A program made the position numbers and the translations under genes. A model generated the notes under the pieces. It searched no databases, was not told where the DNA came from, and worked only from the letters and a program-made list of their open reading frames with translations. DNA of 64,000 bases from a virus. The DNA lies in the IMG/VR virus record IMGVR_UViG_3300045988_093513, positions 4,841 through 68,840 of that record. One strand, given 5' to 3'. Positions 48,434-56,886 of this stretch are shown here, in pieces; within the stretch, counting starts at the first letter, position 1, and each line of letters opens with the position of its first letter.

Positions 48434-49396
48434 CTATTCAATTCCATAATCGGCTTTGTCTACTTTGTCAAAGTTGGGGTAGTTGTCAAGTAATGCATTA
48501 AACCATTTCTCTAGTTTGTTTGTAGTAGTTGTCGACAAATAAAACTCCTCGGCATGACCACTAGCGTTAGACGTGAATCTTCCACTATACAACTGCCCGC
48601 TACCCCATACAAATATGGTATACAATGTAGCATACTTCTCATTAACTGTACGTAAATATTGTTTTATTTGATAATTAACATACGCTCTGGGCATGTACTT
48701 TTTGAAGGTATCGCCATAGCGCATTTTAATTTCACAGTTCGAGCAAACACCACATTGCTGTGGTAATGTTGTACAGCATGTTCTACACAGCGGGATTAAA
48801 TCATCATACCCCCATTCGTGCAACGCCTGTAGCTCGTCGATAGCATTGATATGTACCATACAGAATTTCATGTTACCGAATATGGTATACATATCTTTGT
48901 TCCCGTCTTTGTCTAATGTAAGTGTACCGTCATCTGCAATTTTGATGCCATAACTTGTAATGGCTTCCTCCGTCTTGCCGATGTTGTTTGACCTGGTGTT
49001 TGGAGGCGGTGCCTCTATCCCAATCATAATACCTGGATATCGTTTTGCAAGTTTACCAAGTGAACGATACATATAATGTTTAGAAAGAATATCTTCGCTA
49101 TACATGTGCTCATATGCACTTTCAAACTCCGCGTCTTGTGGAATATCTTCCTCTTTAATTTGAATCGGTTTTAGAATTGTGGCGGTGATACCGTCCTCTG
49201 CACGTATGAGTGGTAGCAAGTTGTTCTGCGCACTCATTTCTAGGTCTGCTGCTCCTCTTTCGCTTGTCTCTGGGAAAATAATATACACAGGTTGTATTTG
49301 TTCCGCAGTGTTTCTCGCCGTTTTACATAGCAGATAAGTACTGTCTAACCCACCTGACCAATATATATATTGCATTATAACCTCCTCAACAGTCAC
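48434..49396 (-). CDS. PP-loop ATP pyrophosphatase, QueC-like, with a ~90-aa C-terminal extension
   Basis: 'YIYWSGGLDSTYLL' (SGGxDS PP-loop) and 'CRTCC...CGVCSNCEIKMRYG', a QueC-type zinc cluster (CGxCxxCxxR). Confidence 0.65.
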   Translation of the reverse strand: MTVEEVIMQYIYWSGGLDSTYLLCKTARNTAEQIQPVYIIFPETSERGAADLEMSAQNNLLPLIRAEDGITATILKPIQIKEEDIPQDAEFESAYEHMYSEDILSKHYMYRSLGKLAKRYPGIMIGIEAPPPNTRSNNIGKTEEAITSYGIKIADDGTLTLDKDGNKDMYTIFGNMKFCMVHINAIDELQALHEWGYDDLIPLCRTCCTTLPQQCGVCSNCEIKMRYGDTFKKYMPRAYVNYQIKQYLRTVNEKYATLYTIFVWGSGQLYSGRFTSNASGHAEEFYLSTTTTNKLEKWFNALLDNYPNFDKVDKADYGIE

Positions 49397-51344
49397 AATT
49401 GCAGTTTATAAAACCAGTAACAGTGCTATGTGTTGCGCCCAAGGAGAATGTAACGGATTTTCTTAACAATGTGTTAATAATATCTTGAAGCGTATATGTT
49501 CCGTTCTGAAACATAGGAGTAACATCCAGTTGATTCCACGCTACCCCGCGACTGAGTCCGTCAGGGTGTCTATTATCACTGCGAAAATTAGCAGTAATAA
49601 CATACCCTGGATTGGTCTGCCCGTCTAGTGTATATGGAGCTCCCAGACCTCCACTACCATAGACCGCACCATTTACATTCAAATCCCCATTGATAGTAAC
49701 ACCATTATTAAAACTAGTAGCACCAGCAAAATACGCGCTACCGTTTTCATTGTCAATCCATGCTTTGTTTTCTTTTCCAACGCCATTAAAGTATGTCCTT
49801 TTACCCCTTAACACAAGACCATAAGTTTCTGAGCCGTTATCCTGCCACGTTTCTTTTCCAACACTTGGGTTTTCTGTGGTGCTATCATTGACCGTAAACA
49901 CGATTTTGTTTGCGTTAATCTCTCCAGTTGTACTAATTGTGCCATTACTAATAATACGGTTCGCTGTAATCATACCGTCAGCCCCATCTGTCGGGGACAT
50001 GTTCATGTATGTTAGCGTACTAACATCAGCCGTCCCTAACGTAGCATCAACTGCATTGACAGTGTCAGCAGTGAAGTCACGGATAGAACCGCTATCTGCA
50101 CTCAACTCTTTTGCTTTAATTCGATTAGACTCTACGGCATCGGCTACGATAGTGTCGTTGATAGTAAGAGAGTCTACCTCGATAGTATCACTATGTAAAG
50201 ACTTTGTGTTAATCTCGTTAGTAGTAATATCTTTGCTTGTTATCCTATTACTATGAATATCTATGAACGTATTTAAGTCAGAATGCCGTGGATTACTTAC
50301 ATCAACAGCTACGGAAGTAGAGTGATTGGACTCACCAATACAGTCGAAGTACGTTAAACTAATAGTGTCGTGTTCTTTCGTTGTGTAATAGGTGAAGGAA
50401 TGTTGGGTATTATCAACTGTAAACTTCACATTATTAACATAGATATTAGTACCAAGTCCATACGTAGGAGCTTTGAACTCAACTATAATTTTGTACTGGT
50501 CTTCGTTATCGTTAGTATCAACTTTTACCGTCGGAGCTTCTGGTGTGGTTAGCTGGGGGAACGAGTAAGCAGACTCGAGAGACGTAGAATATTTCTCGCT
50601 AATACCGAAGTTCGCTGCATAGATTGTCCCGTTACGCTCTTTAGGTACATACAAGTAAGACTTGCCACGAGACCTAGTTAGTAACCCGTCATCAACGCCG
50701 AAGTTATTATTACCATCACGTAACTCTGTGTACGTGTAGAAAGCGTTTGGCTGCTGTGTCCATTCGATTAGAAGACCTTTTGCAGTCGCTGCAGTGGTCA
50801 ACGACGCTGGCGGTGTCGTATCTCTAACTTGTACTGGAATGAATGTAATGGCACTAGGTGCTTTACTTTCCTCAGAACGTTTACCATCATCGGTCACACC
50901 GATGGCTACAACTCTATAACGATAGCCTGGCAATACGTTAGGAATCGTAGCGGTCAGTGCGCCATCCTTTGACTGGTAGATACGTGACCCCACCTGATTC
51001 CAATTTACGGATGCGTTACCCTTCTGAGGAGCTTGCTGGAGATTTAACAGAGCGTATTTATAGACACGAGCTTCGTTAAAGCTACCAGTTTCCCACGTAA
51101 CCGTAAGGTTATAATAGTCTCCAGATTTCTCGTAAGTTATTTTAACGTTCGATAATTGGTTACTGATGGTAGTTACAGTGGTTCCATCTCCACCGCCACC
51201 ACTTCCGCTACCTGTACCTGCATACGTTGCGATATAATTTAACGACTTGCGCACAGCATCGGCAAACTTACGACCATCACCTTGGGAGTCTGTTGGAATA
51301 GCGGCTACAAGGCGAGCCGCTTTCTTGTTAAAGTCCGTTGCCAT
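49386..51344 (-). CDS. Receptor-binding/tail fibre protein with Ig/FN3-like central region
   Basis: 652 aa with a Gly-rich hinge (GTGSGSGGGGDG) and beta-rich repeats; located in the fibre region. Confidence 0.55.
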   Translation of the reverse strand: MATDFNKKAARLVAAIPTDSQGDGRKFADAVRKSLNYIATYAGTGSGSGGGGDGTTVTTISNQLSNVKITYEKSGDYYNLTVTWETGSFNEARVYKYALLNLQQAPQKGNASVNWNQVGSRIYQSKDGALTATIPNVLPGYRYRVVAIGVTDDGKRSEESKAPSAITFIPVQVRDTTPPASLTTAATAKGLLIEWTQQPNAFYTYTELRDGNNNFGVDDGLLTRSRGKSYLYVPKERNGTIYAANFGISEKYSTSLESAYSFPQLTTPEAPTVKVDTNDNEDQYKIIVEFKAPTYGLGTNIYVNNVKFTVDNTQHSFTYYTTKEHDTISLTYFDCIGESNHSTSVAVDVSNPRHSDLNTFIDIHSNRITSKDITTNEINTKSLHSDTIEVDSLTINDTIVADAVESNRIKAKELSADSGSIRDFTADTVNAVDATLGTADVSTLTYMNMSPTDGADGMITANRIISNGTISTTGEINANKIVFTVNDSTTENPSVGKETWQDNGSETYGLVLRGKRTYFNGVGKENKAWIDNENGSAYFAGATSFNNGVTINGDLNVNGAVYGSGGLGAPYTLDGQTNPGYVITANFRSDNRHPDGLSRGVAWNQLDVTPMFQNGTYTLQDIINTLLRKSVTFSLGATHSTVTGFINCNCDC

Positions 51345-51353
51345 CTATTCACC

Positions 51354-51860
51354 TCATTTCGGAAGTAATTTTGCAATACCTGTAGCAAAGTCCATCTCAG
51401 ACCCCATATCAAACCCATGATTCTGCATAGCTAAAGCGATGACAATTTGTGCCATAAGGTTGGCAAGAGCTGGTTTCATGAAGAATGAGTCCGTTGGGAG
51501 TGTACTCGTCAAAGTGTCAACTCTCGGTGGTTGTTTCCAGTACCTGAATGTACACGGCAAATCTCCATAGCAAGTAAGTTTATCCCCGTCTCTACATACT
51601 GGTGGTTTACCAGTGGGAGTACCATACCCATCTGGAATGTACATCTCCGTCTCGTTCATCGTGAGCCAGCCAGCAGCTTCATCATAATCATTTTGTACCA
51701 TAACCTGCCAAATCATATTGATTGCATCATTCACGTAGGCAATCAGCTCTTGGTCAGTGTAGGCGGTCTCAATGGCGTCTGAAAGTCTCTCTCTAATCGC
51801 AAACCTTCGAATAAACATTTCAACGGTCATGTTCTTGAGATAGTCTGGTTTTTCAGCCAT
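51354..51860 (-). CDS. Hypothetical virion protein
   Basis: 168 aa; head-tail joining region. Confidence 0.5.
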   Translation of the reverse strand: MAEKPDYLKNMTVEMFIRRFAIRERLSDAIETAYTDQELIAYVNDAINMIWQVMVQNDYDEAAGWLTMNETEMYIPDGYGTPTGKPPVCRDGDKLTCYGDLPCTFRYWKQPPRVDTLTSTLPTDSFFMKPALANLMAQIVIALAMQNHGFDMGSEMDFATGIAKLLPK

Positions 51861-52318
51861 TAACTACCAGCCCCCTGTCCCTGTTGCATCTGCTGCCCCT
51901 GCATTGGGTCTGCCTCAAGGACAGTAGCATCAATAAGACGTTTAAGTTGCCAGTCTCTATAGAACGGAACCTTATCTGTCAGAAGTTTAATCTTCGGACG
52001 TATAGCGAAATATCGAACAACCATAGGACACGGATACTCTTGGTCTAGCAATTCCATATTTACCGTCTCCCCTTCTTCAGTAAAGGCGATAGGATACTGC
52101 CCCACAAACTCAATGAAATCACTTGGACGTTCCATTGCCTGTCCAGCTTCAATCTGAAACTCTTTAACAAACTCTGGAGTTTTACTATCCGAACATTCAA
52201 GGGATACCGTATCAATAGCGTTGTTAAGGCAATAGATAAGTTCTTCATCAGAGTATTTCAACTTGGACATATCGTTAAGTTTCTGACGCGCCTTAATCAG
52301 TAGTTGGTTTACTGTCAT
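51860..52318 (-). CDS. Hypothetical virion protein
   Basis: 152 aa; ATGA overlap with its neighbour. Confidence 0.5.
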   Translation of the reverse strand: MTVNQLLIKARQKLNDMSKLKYSDEELIYCLNNAIDTVSLECSDSKTPEFVKEFQIEAGQAMERPSDFIEFVGQYPIAFTEEGETVNMELLDQEYPCPMVVRYFAIRPKIKLLTDKVPFYRDWQLKRLIDATVLEADPMQGQQMQQGQGAGS

Positions 52319-52330
52319 TCAATCACCCCT

Positions 52331-52864
52331 TTACAAATAGAATGGAAGTTCTCTTGTGATTTCATAGTCATTGGCTTGACCATTGGTCTCAGCGGAAACG
52401 GCGTTAGCGATGTCGTCATCAGAAATAGAGCCATTGATATAGCCAATACACAATCTAACCAAGAGAAGATAAAAGAAATAAGGAAGTTCAATGATTTCAT
52501 CCAAGTGGTGAATCAACGGGACGTGTCTAAAATAAATCATAGTGTCATCGGTGTCGGTGTAAATCTTTGTGCCACGGATGTGCCACTTGATTTTCTTGCG
52601 TTCGCCCTCTGGTAGTTCTTCATCGGACAACCACCCAGAGAAGTTGATATAATCGTCTGGTAACTCTACACCATACTTGCGCGCTTTAACTGTAGTCTCT
52701 TTTTTAACATACGGAGAGTTAAGCCGAACAAGTTCAAGATTCACATATGTTAGTACATGGTTAATAGCTGTCACAAGTTCTTCATCAGAGTGACTACGAT
52801 TATACAATTCGTTGAGTCCCATCAGGATGTCATTGGACAACCTTCTTGCACGAATGTACTCCAT
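52331..52864 (-). CDS. Hypothetical virion protein
   Basis: 177 aa. Confidence 0.5.
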   Translation of the reverse strand: MEYIRARRLSNDILMGLNELYNRSHSDEELVTAINHVLTYVNLELVRLNSPYVKKETTVKARKYGVELPDDYINFSGWLSDEELPEGERKKIKWHIRGTKIYTDTDDTMIYFRHVPLIHHLDEIIELPYFFYLLLVRLCIGYINGSISDDDIANAVSAETNGQANDYEITRELPFYL

Positions 52865-52873
52865 AATTCCTCC

Positions 52874-53233
52874 TTACATGTGGTCAACTGTCATAAACTC
52901 TGGGTTGTCCTTCAGCCACTGTTTGATATACTTGTTGAAGCTCTCGTGGTCGCCACACGCCATAGCTTCTTTAGCACACTGGAGTGTGAGCTCTGTCGGG
53001 TCGTTCCAGCATTCATAAGGGATACGCCCAAGCCTTCGCCCACCTTTATGCTTCCCGAGATACGGGTCTTTCTTTCTATCCTCGTAGCAGGAACGCATAA
53101 TGTCAGTTGCGTCCCAAGTATTAGTCAGTGACCAGTTACCATGTTTATCGACATCAACGTCTTGTCTTACAATGTTATTACTCATGTTATCTCCTTTTGA
53201 TATAAGAAAAAAGGGGAGCCATAGGCTCCCCAA
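52874..53233 (-). CDS. Hypothetical virion protein
   Basis: 119 aa. Confidence 0.5.
   Translation of the reverse strand: MGSLWLPFFLISKGDNMSNNIVRQDVDVDKHGNWSLTNTWDATDIMRSCYEDRKKDPYLGKHKGGRRLGRIPYECWNDPTELTLQCAKEAMACGDHESFNKYIKQWLKDNPEFMTVDHM
53203..53233 (-). terminator. Rho-independent terminator after the capsid gene
   Basis: ggggagcc-ata-ggctcccc hairpin, followed on the minus strand by T6. Confidence 0.65.
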
Positions 53234-53254
53234 TCTTCTATACGAGAACCTCCG

Positions 53255-54216
53255 TTACGGCGCAACGGTTGGAGTAATAGTCTCCACGACAACTGGTTTC
53301 GGGTTAACCTTACCAGTCAGGTTCTTAATACGAGCGTTAGCATTCGGTGCGGTACATTCGATAGATGCTACGCCAGTGATTACCTTTTCCTTATAAGTAC
53401 CGACTCTCGGCGGTTCTTCAGTATGGAACGGAATAAGGTAGCCAAGTTTCCAATACTGCGGGTCGAGCAGGTCAACCACATCGTCAGAGTACATACGATG
53501 GGCTTCCAGACGAAGAGAACCAAAGTCAGTCTCGATGATTTCGAGAGAGGTGGTGATACTCTTGTCACCTGCCTGGCGAATCGGCAGTGCACCCTGAGTA
53601 AAGTCGGCGCATCCACGCTTATTACGTGCGGACATAATAGCGACGGACGGGTCGCCACCACGCTGCCAGGTCAGCTGCATTGCGTCATTCAGAAGGTCGA
53701 AAGTAAGGTTGCCCTTAGCAACGTCCTTCGCTGCGTCAATGCAGTTCTGGAATGTGATGGAGCCCATCTTAGTTTCTTTAACTTTACCTTCACCGCTGGA
53801 AACACCATGACCATTTGCGTCATACTTGACGGAGTTCATAGCGCCTTCCGGAGTGTCATACAGATAGAACGTATTAGCGTCCTTAACTGCTACGTAGTAG
53901 GCAACGTTTTCTTTACATACAGCACCACCACGAACGATGAGGGCATCGCCGTTTACAAAGCCGTGGTCGTTCAGAGTGAACTCACCAAAAGCTACGGTTA
54001 CACCTTTCAGTTCATCTTCAAGGAAGTACGGAATACCACCAAAAGTACCAGCAACGTTTTCAGACATCGGGGTTGCAGTGGTGTTGTTTACGATAGCATA
54101 TTCAAGGTCACCTGCGATTTCCTTGCCAGCCTTAACGAACTGGTACGCTACTTCGTCACGAACACCGTACTTTTTGATAGCCTGAGTGATATCAGAGATG
54201 TTATCGTTTGTGTTAA
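53255..54216 (-). CDS. Major capsid protein, 3' exon (the frame continues upstream of the annotated Met with no start codon)
   Basis: The in-frame upstream sequence 'VNTNDNISDITQAIKKYGVRDEVAYQFVKAGKEIAGDLEYAIVNNTTATP' precedes MSEN, and there is no ATG or RBS. A TGA lies at 54218-54220. The gene sits after the scaffold gene in a portal-scaffold-capsid order. Confidence 0.6.
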
Positions 54217-54972
54217 CTCATACTTTCATATGAGACCAGACTATATTATACTTAATCGGTGTTATCGTATAGTCGTTGGGATTTCATACGCTTTTCACAG
54301 TAATTATTTAACCTTTTCTGTTTACGTAAAATATTGAACTTTAGTCCAGATTCTATAAATGACTTTAGGTTCATAGTGAAACTCAGTTGTACTTTGTTTT
54401 TGGTTCGTATTTCTCTTGTCTTACCACACGATACACCAAAGGATTGTAGCATCCTTTTTATATCGTATGTCCAAGAGTATGTAGTTCCGTACCCCATCAT
54501 CCAATTTGTATTACCATTTGGATTGGCACGCTGTGAGACCCAACCATCAGAATCAAGTACACCTTCTAAAAATTCTTTCTTTAACTCTTTGTCCCATTGA
54601 TACACATAGTCTGGGATGTATCTACATCCAGCTGTGTCATCAACGAATATCTTAAATTCTTTAGAACATACTTGAAGATAGTATTTGTTAGTCCCTACCC
54701 TTTGGTGGACTTTCACATCTCTATTGATAAAACGTGATAAGTAATCAGCAACTTTACCAATAAACTCTTTATCAATACATTCAAATGAGTATGCGTACGT
54801 GTTCCCTCTTTTGAAAACACTAGCATCTCCAAAGTAACAACCAAGTAAATAAGCGTATGTCTTATCTGCGGGTTTCCTATTCATAATACATATCCTTTCT
54901 ATTTTTACACTTTGGTAAGAAGGGCTTTAAGGGTTTCCTGCATATGGATAACTTTTATATGGGCAAACATTT
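54217..54972 (-). mobile_element. Putative group I intron interrupting the capsid gene (boundaries approximate)
   Basis: Proposed 5' exon ends in U after ...CATGGG; proposed intron ends in G before TTAACACAAAC. It carries a free-standing LAGLIDADG ORF. Confidence 0.5.
54252..54884 (-). CDS. LAGLIDADG homing endonuclease (double-motif), intron-encoded
   Basis: Motif 1 'AYLLGCYFGDASV' and motif 2 'FLEGVLDSDGWVS'. Confidence 0.8.
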   Translation of the reverse strand: MNRKPADKTYAYLLGCYFGDASVFKRGNTYAYSFECIDKEFIGKVADYLSRFINRDVKVHQRVGTNKYYLQVCSKEFKIFVDDTAGCRYIPDYVYQWDKELKKEFLEGVLDSDGWVSQRANPNGNTNWMMGYGTTYSWTYDIKRMLQSFGVSCGKTREIRTKNKVQLSFTMNLKSFIESGLKFNILRKQKRLNNYCEKRMKSQRLYDNTD

Positions 54973-55279
54973 ACCCATGCATGAACTGCTGAACAGTGTT
55001 GTACATCCAACGTCTCGGCACGGTTTCCGTGGTATCGAAGTTGATAACTTCAGGATGCTTGTTCACCATTGCCGGACGGAGAGAATCTCTCAGCCATTCA
55101 TGTTTAGTGGATACTACGGTAGTTTTACCGAACATCTGTGTAAGTTTAGTTTTATCTGGGTCGAGGTTGGTAATGAAGTCAGACATATCTCTAACAGTAC
55201 CAACGACGTTATAAGAGCGAAGGGCAGAACCTTTATTATGCGGGGCTGCTGCACCTGTAGCTGGCATACCTACTGCCAT
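54973..55279 (-). CDS. Major capsid protein, 5' exon
   Basis: SD AAAGAGAGG lies upstream of the ATG at 55279. The ORF terminates just inside the proposed intron, and its reading frame joins the 3' exon if the two are spliced. Confidence 0.55.
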
Positions 55280-55302
55280 TGAGCTGTTACCTCTCTTTCA
55301 AT

Positions 55303-56048
55303 TTATACGCCAAGCTCTTTCGCAAACCTAGATACGTATGCCGCCTGTTGGTCGTTAGTCATCTGACCAAGCGCAGCGTAGTCCATAGTTTTCTGTGCCT
55401 GTGGCATTGCACCACGGTTATTTGTCGGTTCGACATACGGTGGACGTACCTGCGGCTGGACAGGCCGAGGCATAGGCTGCGGAGCCTGCTGTGGCTGGTT
55501 GCCACGATGATAATACATATTCGATACGGCCTGCATGTAATTGTCAAGCACTTCCGCGTTACCAGTCTTGAGAGCGTCCTGTACTTCCACATACATTTTG
55601 TACGGGAGGTTCTGGAGACTACTCAGAGCGAGCTGGTTAATCGTGTCGAAGTTCGGGTCTTGTCTGTATTTATTAGCAACAGATGCAATTCTTTGAGAAG
55701 CAGCTGCCTTTTCGGCTTCCTGCTGTTTCATTTCGTTAACCCTCTGTAGGGTGGCTGCTTTGACATTACCAACTTCATTGACATATGCTGCCATATGTTT
55801 ACTGTTGTACTCGTCAAAATCTTCACCAAAGAGCTGTTTAACTCGGTCTTTGCAATACGTATCAACCTGGTCGAGGTACGCTCTCTGGTCAGCCATAGCA
55901 CGCTGCTGTACTTCTTCTGGGGACATCTGCGGCTGCTGGGGCTGAACATTCTGGGGCTGAGGGTTGTTCGCAAACTGCTGCATCATCATCTGTCGCTGCT
56001 GTTCGAGAGCCTGACGCTGAGCTGCGAGTTCCTGTGTTTTCCTAGTGT
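55303..56048 (-). CDS. Scaffolding protein, Q-rich C-terminal part (annotated ATG at 55989 plus a ~20-codon in-frame upstream extension)
   Basis: There is no SD before the ATG at 55989. Upstream in-frame 'DTRKTQELAAQRQALEQQRQ' continues the Q-rich repeat pattern up to the TAA at 56050-56052. Confidence 0.5.
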
Positions 56049-56332
56049 CTTAACCTTCGAGTAAAGTCGTTAATTTTACCCCGTCATTCCACAGGAGAAT
56101 GACTGCTGCATATTTCTATGCAGAAGAGACTATTTCTTCACCTTCTCCTTTCAGAGGTCAGGTGTCTGGCACTTCCGTCCACTTGGACGTACTCCCTGCA
56201 ACGGGATAGTCGTTACGGGTTCCCAGCATAGCTGGGCTTCCCACGAGATTGCCCTCGTCTTTACGTTAGGGTGTTCCTCGTTTTCACCAGATTTAAATCA
56301 AGGATTTCTCCAAGAAGTGACCTATTTTGTTA
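56049..56332 (-). mobile_element. Possible ORF-less group I-like intron in the scaffold gene (boundaries approximate)
   Basis: A ~285-nt ORF-free, GC-enriched spacer containing at least four stable hairpins (cccagc/gctggg, cgtcca/tggacg, ctgcat/atgcag, cattc/gaatg). The exons on each side look like halves of one scaffold protein. Confidence 0.35.
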
Positions 56333-56672
56333 AGTCAGCCTGTCGCATATAACCATTACGCATTTCATCCATAGAAACCTGTACGTCCTGTCCATCTACA
56401 CGGACAGTCTGCATTTCCGGCTGCGGCTGTGGTACTTCCTGCGGCTGTTCTTGGACGGGTTCTGGTTCATCATCATAGTCGCCTGTCGGTTCTCCGAAAA
56501 AGGCGTCGGCAAAAGTGACGTCCCCGTTCTCGTCAATACCAAATGCAGGTTCATCAGCGTCATTGTTCTGCGGTGCAGTCTGCGCATCCGGTGTTTCCAC
56601 TGGCGCAGTTGTTGCAGGAACAGGTTCCTGAGCTGGTTCTACCATTGGCATTCCGTTCTGCATTTCTTCCAT
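56322..56672 (-). CDS. Scaffolding protein, acidic N-terminal part (start at MEEMQNG; SD AAAGGAGG)
   Basis: SD AAAGGAGGAATTT precedes the ATG at 56672. The protein is acidic and P/Q-rich. The longer ORF-track call begins upstream of the SD. Confidence 0.55.
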   Translation of the reverse strand: MEEMQNGMPMVEPAQEPVPATTAPVETPDAQTAPQNNDADEPAFGIDENGDVTFADAFFGEPTGDYDDEPEPVQEQPQEVPQPQPEMQTVRVDGQDVQVSMDEMRNGYMRQADLTK

Positions 56673-56789
56673 AAATTCCTCCTTTTTGCACTCCGTAAAG
56701 GTTGGTGCAGTAAAATATATATACGCCAATAACCATGCAAAATTTGTTCGTTAAATAACGAGGTTTTACACGGTTTTGACGAAATTAAC

Positions 56790-56865
56790 TGGCACGGATT
56801 GCTAGAATCGAACTAGCGAATTGCTGGGTCAAAGCCAGCCGCCTTCACCACTTGGCTAAACCCGT
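56790..56865 (-). tRNA. tRNA-Gln (anticodon UUG), with CCA encoded
   Basis: Hand-folded cloverleaf. Acceptor stem ACGGGTT/AATCCGT has one G.U pair. U8 and A9 are present. D-arm is GCC-aagtggtgaa-GGC with G18/G19. Anticodon stem is GCTGG/CCAGC with loop CTTTGAC. T-arm is GCTAG-TTCGATT-CTAGC. Discriminator is G, then CCA. Confidence 0.8.
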
Positions 56866-56886
56866 ATCACTATTTGTATAAGAAAA

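Noticed and set aside
48434-49396. Assigning the QueC-like gene to the known phage 7-deazaguanine DNA-modification pathway
   Set aside because: No FolE, QueD, QueE, DpdA/TGT or Gat domain is present in the window. The adjacent radical SAM enzyme is SPASM-type rather than QueE-like. The protein also has a non-QueC C-terminal extension.
54218-54220. An in-frame TGA in the capsid gene as evidence of stop-codon reassignment (code 4-like) or programmed readthrough
   Set aside because: Every other long ORF (up to 4034 aa) is free of internal stops under the standard code. The adjacent LAGLIDADG ORF and the U/G junctions make an intron the more economical explanation.
53423-54337. A plus-strand 304-aa ORF antisense to the capsid gene
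   Set aside because: It lies antisense to the capsid 3' exon and to part of the proposed intron, gives a low-complexity translation and has no RBS. I treated it as a shadow ORF.
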